This document shows positions 57,358 to 64,000 of a stretch of 64,000 nt of DNA, piece by piece; within the stretch, counting starts at the first letter, position 1; each line of letters starts with the position of its first letter. This stretch comes from Bacteriovoracaceae bacterium (lineage in GTDB: Bacteria; Bdellovibrionota; UBA1018), in the NCBI GenBank assembly GCA_947447665.1, contig CANFJX010000002.1, positions 209,659-273,658 of the forward strand, given 5' to 3'. A program made the position numbers and the translations under genes. The notes beneath the pieces were generated by a model that saw only the letters and a program-made list of their open reading frames with translations, had not been told where the DNA came from and searched no databases.

Positions 57358-58791
57358 TTAGGGCTTTGGAATTTTAATCTCGTTGACCTCTGACCTTTGA
57401 CCTGTCGAGGCAAGGAGCTTGACTCCATCAGAATGGTACTGGATACGCATATGATCAAGCTGCCGCACCGCTACCTGATAAGTGGTCATTGCTTGAAAAA
57501 CATCTAGATTAGTGACCAGGCCACGGCGATAATATTCTAGTTCCGTTTCATAATTCTTTTTAGATATATCCAGGAGGTCAGTGAGCTTAATGACCTGTTT
57601 TCTATCAGCCTCAACCGCATCATAGTAAGTACGAACCTCTTGTTCTGCGAGGCGGCGGGTCTGAGACAAGACCAAACTATATTGTCTCGATACCGAATTC
57701 GCTTGCCGGACTTGGGACTGAATCACCCCCCCTTGAAACAGAGGGAAAGTAATCGCGATGGAAGCATCCCAATCAACATTTTTCAGAGCCCCGGGGCGAA
57801 ACAAATAGTAATCGGCGATTAAATCGATCGAGGGAAAATGAGCTCCAAACGCAATCGGAATTCCCTCGTTATTCGCTTTTACGTGATCGAGAGCTGAGCG
57901 TACGTCAGGACGATTTTCAATTAGATCTAAATAGGATTGAATTGGCTTTGGGGCATCCAGTACCCTTGCACTATTGGCACTCGACGATTGAGCACCTCGT
58001 TCGGAGGATCGAAAAAGAACCTCAGTATCTCTGAGAGTAGTGCCTCGATCCCATCCCGTCAAATAGGCGAGGACTTCTTTTGCAGTTTCGAGCTGACCGC
58101 GAGTCATTTCTAGCTGAGCCTCGAGAGAGGCAATATTCGCTTTGAATGTGAGCACGTCAGTCAGTTGTGATCGGCCAATTTTAAAGAATTCCTCTAGCTC
58201 TACCAGTCGCTTCTGATTCAACTCGATTTCAATCTGGTAATTGATCACATCTCGCTCGTAAGCCAAGACATTGTAATAAGCTGTGGAGAGATCATAGAAG
58301 AGTTGCTTTGCAGCGTTTAAGTAGGCTCCAACTTGTGCATTAACCAGAAGCTTTTTTTGCCGAAGCGCAGCAAAATCCCTGAGTCCTCGAAACAAAGGCT
58401 GATCGAGGGTCAGTTTGCCTGTATTTTGCGATGCGGGAAAAATCGCACTCCCAGTCGCACTGGCCGGGGTCTCTTGCCTTAAAAAAGAAAATGAACTGTT
58501 CAAAGTCGGAAATATAGCACCCACTGCTTGTGCATCGACTTCATGAGCTTGCACTAAAAGTTCTTCCTGCATGCCCACGGTTTCGCTTCGGCGAACCGCC
58601 GCCTCGAAGGCTTCCTGAAGACTCTTCGGTAAACCCAAGGGAGGAGCAGGCCTATGACTTGAGTCCAGACTCATCGAAAATCGATAGGCTTCACTCGGAA
58701 TCACATCCCCTTTAGCATCAGCAATCTGAGAGAAAAAATTAAAAAAGAAAAATAGAAGGCAAATCGATTGCATCCCTCGAGTTGAATTCAT
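57358..58791 (-). CDS. TolC family outer-membrane efflux protein
   Basis: Signal peptide, LDQPLFRG, AYYNVL, NRPDV, FPLFQGG, YRRGLVTNLDV. Confidence 0.93.
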   Translation of the reverse strand: MNSTRGMQSICLLFFFFNFFSQIADAKGDVIPSEAYRFSMSLDSSHRPAPPLGLPKSLQEAFEAAVRRSETVGMQEELLVQAHEVDAQAVGAIFPTLNSSFSFLRQETPASATGSAIFPASQNTGKLTLDQPLFRGLRDFAALRQKKLLVNAQVGAYLNAAKQLFYDLSTAYYNVLAYERDVINYQIEIELNQKRLVELEEFFKIGRSQLTDVLTFKANIASLEAQLEMTRGQLETAKEVLAYLTGWDRGTTLRDTEVLFRSSERGAQSSSANSARVLDAPKPIQSYLDLIENRPDVRSALDHVKANNEGIPIAFGAHFPSIDLIADYYLFRPGALKNVDWDASIAITFPLFQGGVIQSQVRQANSVSRQYSLVLSQTRRLAEQEVRTYYDAVEADRKQVIKLTDLLDISKKNYETELEYYRRGLVTNLDVFQAMTTYQVAVRQLDHMRIQYHSDGVKLLASTGQRSEVNEIKIPKP

Positions 58792-59109
58792 ATTGAGAAT
58801 GGCCCCTTTAAGATCTTAAACTGTGGTGAGATGCGACTCATTTTATAGCCTAAAGTAACTGAATTCATTCAGAATTGAATCTTTTTTTTATTTTTTAATA
58901 TTTAAAAGTGGGAGTCCATGAAACATCATCCATGATAAAAAATTACAACCTGAGTTCGGATCTGAAATGAATCACCTCATGCGACGTGCTCGCCACTGGA
59001 GCGAGCATCCGAACCGGCCACAAAAATAGCGCTCGCTGAAAACCACCGCTTGACTCCGGGCGCAACTCCGATTACTACAGGTCTCAGCCCTCACCTTGAG
59101 TAGCAGTTT

Positions 59110-59194
59110 GCGGTCGTGGTGGAATTGGTAGACACGTACGTTTGAGGGGCGTATACCGAAAGGTGTGACGGTTCAAGTCCGTCCGGCCGCACCA
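59110..59194 (+). tRNA. tRNA-Leu (GAG)
   Basis: GCGGTCG acceptor stem, D arm GTGGAATTGGTAGACAC, anticodon arm TACGT-TTGAGGG-GCGTA, long variable arm, GGTTCAAGTCC, encoded CCA. Confidence 0.97.
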
Positions 59195-59370
59195 TTCTTT
59201 TCTTCTTTACCCCTACCTACTGAAACTCTCCCAAAAGAAATCAACACTATCAAGCACTTAAGTTAAATCACTGAGGACACATTCCAGAAGCATCAAAAAC
59301 GTTTTATCCTTTAACTAGGGTAGTTTCGCCTTAGGCAATCTATCCCACAGGAGAACGTTGACGGTGTTGT

Positions 59371-60753
59371 ATGCTGAAGAATAAAAACACACGGCTTGCC
59401 CGACTTCGGCTCGGAGCTTTTACCCTCCTGTCGTCCTCACTCATGGGATGTATAGGCAACTCCATGGTAACAGGGATTCTGGTCGACGACTCCGCTTCAA
59501 ATTCCATTTCTTCACAAACCTCCCCCAACACTTGGACGGACTCGGCGGGCAATATCTTCATCGCTGACTCAGGAAACCATGCCGTAAGAGTCATTGCAGC
59601 CACTTCAGGATCCACTCCGATCCTTGGGATCTCACCTTCGCAGCTAGCATCCCCCGTGGGGAACTGGATCGCAGGTCATATTTATACCATTGCAGGCACT
59701 TTAGGGGTCCCTGCCGGATCTGGAGATACCGACTCCTCCCCCATTCTCGCAACACAAGCACAGCTCCAGACGCCTACCGCCATTGCTCTCGATGGCGAAG
59801 GAAACCTCTACATCGCGGACTCGGCCGATTGCACGATTCATGAAGTGAGCGCATCCACCGGAAAAATCGCCATTATTGCGGGCATATCGCAAAACTGTGA
59901 CATCAGCGGAGATGGTGTTGCGACCTCAGTTAAGTTAAATGGACCCGTCGGCCTCGCCGTCGATCGATCCAACCATCTTTATATCGCGGACCAAGGTAAT
60001 GCCGCGATCCGAGTGTTCATAAGTACTCCAGGGATCGCAACCATCGCTGGAATCACCCAAGTCTGGGAGGCGAGACAAATCTACACGATCGCAGGCACCC
60101 TAGGCTCATCTGGCAGCACGGGCGAAGACCAATCTGCTACTCAAACCGCACAGCTCCAGGCTCCATCCAGCATTACCCTCGATGCCTCGGGCAATCTCTA
60201 CATCGGTGACTATGTAGCGGTACGAGTCGTAACTAATACGACCGGTACCTATACGGTCGGTGGAATCACGAAGGCATGGACGGCTGGAAATATTTATACA
60301 GTAGCAGGGAGCCTGACCACATCGGGAAATAATGATCAAGCGTCTGCACTGGGGACCACTCTTGGAAGCGATGCATCAATTACCGCACTAACAACTCCTA
60401 TCAGTGGAGTGATTGTCGATACGTCGGGAAATCTCTACATTGATGACCCAGGAAATAACAGCATTCGAGTTGTGCCCAACTCGAGCGGCAGATTTAATCT
60501 CCTCGGAACAACGCTGGGTTCTCCTTGGCAAGCAGGAAACATTAATTCAATTATCCCGAACTTGTCCTACATCACCAATGCCATTTCTTTAGATTCTTCG
60601 GGTAACCTCCTCATCTCAGACACCTCTTCACATAGTATCCACAAGGTGAGCGGCTCAAGTGGCACTGCGACAGTCATCGCGGGAGGACAAGGCTCTGGCT
60701 CGACCGGCGACCAGGGGCCTGCGACCAGCGCACGCTTGAATACTCCATTTTAA
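59371..60753 (+). CDS. NHL-repeat lipoprotein
   Basis: Lipobox LMGC; repeated L..P...ALD..GNLYIAD...IR and IYTIAG units. Confidence 0.88.
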   Translation: MLKNKNTRLARLRLGAFTLLSSSLMGCIGNSMVTGILVDDSASNSISSQTSPNTWTDSAGNIFIADSGNHAVRVIAATSGSTPILGISPSQLASPVGNWIAGHIYTIAGTLGVPAGSGDTDSSPILATQAQLQTPTAIALDGEGNLYIADSADCTIHEVSASTGKIAIIAGISQNCDISGDGVATSVKLNGPVGLAVDRSNHLYIADQGNAAIRVFISTPGIATIAGITQVWEARQIYTIAGTLGSSGSTGEDQSATQTAQLQAPSSITLDASGNLYIGDYVAVRVVTNTTGTYTVGGITKAWTAGNIYTVAGSLTTSGNNDQASALGTTLGSDASITALTTPISGVIVDTSGNLYIDDPGNNSIRVVPNSSGRFNLLGTTLGSPWQAGNINSIIPNLSYITNAISLDSSGNLLISDTSSHSIHKVSGSSGTATVIAGGQGSGSTGDQGPATSARLNTPF

Positions 60754-60773
60754 GACGAAAGCCTCACTCGTAT

Positions 60774-61484
60774 TCACCAAGAAGAACAGCACCGTTGAGT
60801 CACATGAGGGACTAAGCCCCTCTCGACTTTTTGAGCGCCCCGTTCATCGATCGAGGCAGACTCGGGAGAAACCAAAAATGCAGGGACAGGAGCCGGAGCA
60901 ACGGCAGTTTCCTCAGCAGCGGCCTCGACGAGAGTTTCTGGCTCGAGCACGGCAACTGAAGTCACGGGAGACAAAGCGAGGCTGACCTCACCGATTCGGA
61001 ACTGAAGACCTCCCTCTTCGAAGGTTTTATCAGCTAAGACGGCGACGATTTCACCCGGGGGTCCGAAAGAAATTTTCTTATTGTCCTCAGAACAATTCCC
61101 TTCGAAAGTTTCCGATGCCTGAGCATAAGTCAAAGAGATCTGACCACCGGATGAATTGACAGTGAGAGCTCTCGACACGACGCAACCCTCTTGAACCTCG
61201 TGGGACAAAGTGCTGGAATTTTCGCTAATCGTCAAAATTGCGCCTGCCTTCATCAAGAACATGAAGCTTTTCATTGTTTCCGAACCATCCAGAGTTTCCG
61301 AATTATCCAGAAAATCATCTGAGCTTCCATTTGGACTCAGAAGTTGCCAACGTCCGCTCACGACCTTCACTGAGTCACTCGAGGAGCTCTCTACCTGACT
61401 TTGCTGACTCATCTGATTGCAAGCTGCTAATAGAAGACTCAACACCACACAGCTCACGAGCTTCAGTCTTGATGAATAATTCAT
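60774..61484 (-). CDS. Hypothetical lipoprotein
   Basis: Lipobox LAAC, beta-rich body with VSGRWQL, A/P/E-rich tail. Confidence 0.75.
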   Translation of the reverse strand: MNYSSRLKLVSCVVLSLLLAACNQMSQQSQVESSSSDSVKVVSGRWQLLSPNGSSDDFLDNSETLDGSETMKSFMFLMKAGAILTISENSSTLSHEVQEGCVVSRALTVNSSGGQISLTYAQASETFEGNCSEDNKKISFGPPGEIVAVLADKTFEEGGLQFRIGEVSLALSPVTSVAVLEPETLVEAAAEETAVAPAPVPAFLVSPESASIDERGAQKVERGLVPHVTQRCCSSW

Positions 61485-61656
61485 TTTTTATTTCCCCTTT
61501 TATTCTGATCAATTTTTTGTGACTTATTCGGGATTATAGCGCGGCGCACTAAATAACAAGTAAAAGATCCATGATGAGTGATTGATTTGGCCGAAGGCCC
61601 GTCAAATCGACGACCCAAAATCTTGACCCCCCCCGATATTCTGCTAAAGTCTCGAA

Positions 61657-64000
61657 ATGACTCAAGACTTAATCCTCTCCCCGCGTTCGCAGATGCTCAT
61701 CCATGCACTAGAAAACCGCATCCTCGTGATCGACGGCGCCATGGGTACGGCGATCCAGGATCTTCAACTCAAGCCGGAGGACTTCGGCGGACCGGACTTA
61801 GAGGGCTGCAACGAGATTCTTGTTTTCTCCAGGCCCGATTTGATCCTTCAAATTCATCGAGGTTACCTCGAAGCGGGCTGCGACATCGTCGAGACCAACA
61901 CGTTTGGCAGCACTGCTCTCGTCCTCAACGAATACCAACAGGGTCACCGAGCGCTTGAGCAAAATCGAATAGCAGCGCAGCTTGCGCGTGAGGCGGCGGA
62001 TGCTTTTTCTACCCCCGACAAGCCTCGCTTTGTGGCCGGGGCAATCGGCCCCACAACCAAGGCGATCTCAGTCACCGGAGGAATCACATTTGAAGAACTT
62101 CAAGAGAACTTCTCTACGCAAGCCCAGGGGCTTTTCGAGGGAGGCGTCGATTACTTCCTGATCGAAACCTGCCAAGACACCCGGAATATCAAAGCAGCAC
62201 TCATCGCCATTGAAACTCTATTCAAAAAAATCGGGCAGCGACTTCCGATTGCTATCTCTGGGACGATCGAAGCGATGGGCACGATGCTCGCGGGCCAATC
62301 CGTCGAGGCGCTTTTAGCCTCCGTCAGTCACCTGGATCTCCTTTACCTGGGACTTAATTGCGCCACCGGCCCTGAGTTCATGACGGATCCGATTCGATCA
62401 CTGGCCCAACTCTCCCCATTTCGTGTTTCTTGCGTTCCCAACGCAGGACTACCTGATGAGAACGGCTGCTACCTTGAGACGCCTGAAATGGTCTCTCAGA
62501 TCCTCTCTCGATTTGTGTCTCAGGGCTGGATCAATGTCTTAGGTGGTTGCTGCGGAACACACGCAGGGCATATTCGAGCTCTGAGTCAACTTGCCTCTCA
62601 GTACCCCCCGCGTAGGCCCTCCACTGCCCGCCGATCCTTTCTCTCCGGAGTTGATTATCTCGAAATTACCGATGAAATGCGACCAGTCATTGTAGGGGAG
62701 CGAACCAACGTCATCGGAAGTAAAAAATTTAAGACCCTCGTTTGTGAGGAAAAATTTGAAGAAGCCTCCGAAATCGCTCGCGCCCAAATCAAAAACGGGG
62801 CTCAGATCGTCGACCTTTGTCTTGCGAACCCGGATCGCGACGAGATTAAGGATATGCGAAGCTTTATGGAGTTTGCGGTGAAGAAAATCCGAGCCCCGCT
62901 CATGATCGACTCCACCGATGCTGAAGTGATCGAACTCGCGCTCACTTATTGTCAGGGCAAGGCCATCATCAACTCCATTAACCTCGAAGACGGCGAGGAA
63001 CGATTTGAACAGGTCATTCCACTCGCCAAGAAATATGGCGCAGCTCTCGTCGTGGGAACGATTGACGACGACCCGCACCAAGGGATGGGCGTCAATCGTC
63101 AGCGCAAATTAGAAATCGCCGAGCGCTCCTACGAGCTCCTCACTCAGAAGTACGGCGTCCAGCCTGAAGATATTTACTGGGACCCGCTGGTTTTTCCGTG
63201 CGCGACCGGAGACGCTCAGTATGTCGGATCAGCCGTTGAAACGATCGAAGGCATTCGCCTCATCAAGGCCCGGTTCCCCGCGACCCGGACGATTTTAGGC
63301 ATTTCGAACGTTAGTTTTGGACTACCCACGGCAGGACGGGAGGTGCTCAACTCCGTTTTTCTCTACCACTGCGTCCAAGCAGGATTAGACCTCGCCATCG
63401 TCAACTCAGAAAAACTCGAGCGCTACGCCTCGATCCCGGACGAGGAAAAACTCCTAGCGGAAAATCTGATTCGTTCCTCACCCGAGCAGTCTCAAGACGC
63501 GATCACAGCGTTTGCCGCTCATTTCCGTGAGCGTAAAAAAGTGGAGACCACTCGAGAGCGACTCCCACTGATGGAGCGCCTCCCTCGCTACATCATCGAA
63601 GGATCAAAGGACGGTCTGATCGAGGATCTCAACGAAGCACTCCAGAACCTCCCCCCCTTGGAGATTATCAACGGCCCGCTCATGAAGGGCATGGATGAAG
63701 TCGGACGGCTATTTAACTCCAATCAACTCATCGTAGCGGAGGTCCTCCAATCCGCTGAGGTGATGAAGGCGGGAGTTTCTCATCTCGAAAAGTTCATGGA
63801 GAGATCCGAGACCTCTTCTCGCGGCAAAGTGCTTTTGGCCACGGTCAAAGGGGACGTCCATGATATCGGAAAAAACCTCGTTGAAATTATTCTCGCCAAC
63901 AATGGATTTCAGGTCATTAATTTAGGAATTAAAGTCCCTCCCGAGCAATTAATCCAAGCCGTGCGCGAGCATCATCCCGACATCGTGGGGCTTTCGGGTC
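61657..64000 (+). CDS. metH: Cobalamin-dependent methionine synthase (truncated by the window edge)
   Basis: Manual translation gives ILVIDGAMGT, ETNTFG, GLNCATG, PNAGLP, GGCCGT, VGERTNVIGS, ATVKGDVHDIGKN. Confidence 0.97.
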   Translation, partial: MTQDLILSPRSQMLIHALENRILVIDGAMGTAIQDLQLKPEDFGGPDLEGCNEILVFSRPDLILQIHRGYLEAGCDIVETNTFGSTALVLNEYQQGHRALEQNRIAAQLAREAADAFSTPDKPRFVAGAIGPTTKAISVTGGITFEELQENFSTQAQGLFEGGVDYFLIETCQDTRNIKAALIAIETLFKKIGQRLPIAISGTIEAMGTMLAGQSVEALLASVSHLDLLYLGLNCATGPEFMTDPIRSLAQLSPFRVSCVPNAGLPDENGCYLETPEMVSQILSRFVSQGWINVLGGCCGTHAGHIRALSQLASQYPPRRPSTARRSFLSGVDYLEITDEMRPVIVGERTNVIGSKKFKTLVCEEKFEEASEIARAQIKNGAQIVDLCLANPDRDEIKDMRSFMEFAVKKIRAPLMIDSTDAEVIELALTYCQGKAIINSINLEDGEERFEQVIPLAKKYGAALVVGTIDDDPHQGMGVNRQRKLEIAERSYELLTQKYGVQPEDIYWDPLVFPCATGDAQYVGSAVETIEGIRLIKARFPATRTILGISNVSFGLPTAGREVLNSVFLYHCVQAGLDLAIVNSEKLERYASIPDEEKLLAENLIRSSPEQSQDAITAFAAHFRERKKVETTRERLPLMERLPRYIIEGSKDGLIEDLNEALQNLPPLEIINGPLMKGMDEVGRLFNSNQLIVAEVLQSAEVMKAGVSHLEKFMERSETSSRGKVLLATVKGDVHDIGKNLVEIILANNGFQVINLGIKVPPEQLIQAVREHHPDIVGLSG

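Noticed and set aside
59170..59194. tRNA-Leu 3' end as the att site of an integrated element
   Set aside because: I saw no duplicate of the tRNA 3' end in the window and there is no adjacent integrase.
61485..61656. SAM or cobalamin riboswitch upstream of metH
   Set aside because: No recognisable aptamer motifs, and the promoter-like elements abut the ATG, leaving no leader.
61578..63081. ORF-track entries 61578-61958 (+) and 62539-63081 (-)
   Set aside because: Alternative-frame or antisense shadows of metH. The same applies to the many short ORFs nested in long genes elsewhere in the window.
1..64000. CRISPR array, rRNA or IS elements
   Set aside because: No regularly spaced repeats, rRNA-like tracts or transposase ORFs were seen.

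Overview
64 kb of bacterial chromosome. Gene content (imuA-imuB-dnaE2 cassette, Glt-like genes, myxobacterial/Bdellovibrio-type beta-barrels, many secreted hypotheticals) suggests a Bdellovibrionota/Oligoflexia-like organism; this is an inference. Housekeeping content: dnaE2-imuB-imuA, sdhCAB, ampG, a liv branched-chain amino acid ABC transporter, TolC plus two RND pumps, tRNA-Leu(GAG) and metH (truncated by the window edge). The main candidate novel system is at about 2.7-18.2 kb, where two operons diverge from an 81-bp AT-rich spacer. The rightward operon looks like a compact Agl-Glt-like envelope machine: outer-membrane barrel, two helical/TPR-like proteins, GltF-like, GltG-like, TolQ/ExbB and TolR/ExbD. 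The leftward operon encodes five signal-peptide proteins (Gly-rich lipoprotein, Gly-X-X repeat protein, alpha-pore-forming-toxin-like protein, a hypothetical and a polymorphic toxin), then a coupled immunity gene and decayed orphan fragments. I infer a proton-motive-force-driven toxin export or delivery system built from gliding-motor parts. Other observations: a lexA vestige in front of imuA, a sigma54-preceded mini-gene ending in a DUF1566-like tip, an intact and a catalytically degenerate tyrosine recombinase, a desulfurase-MBL-rhodanese fusion, and several apparently leaderless genes. All family calls come from motifs read by eye; no searches were run.
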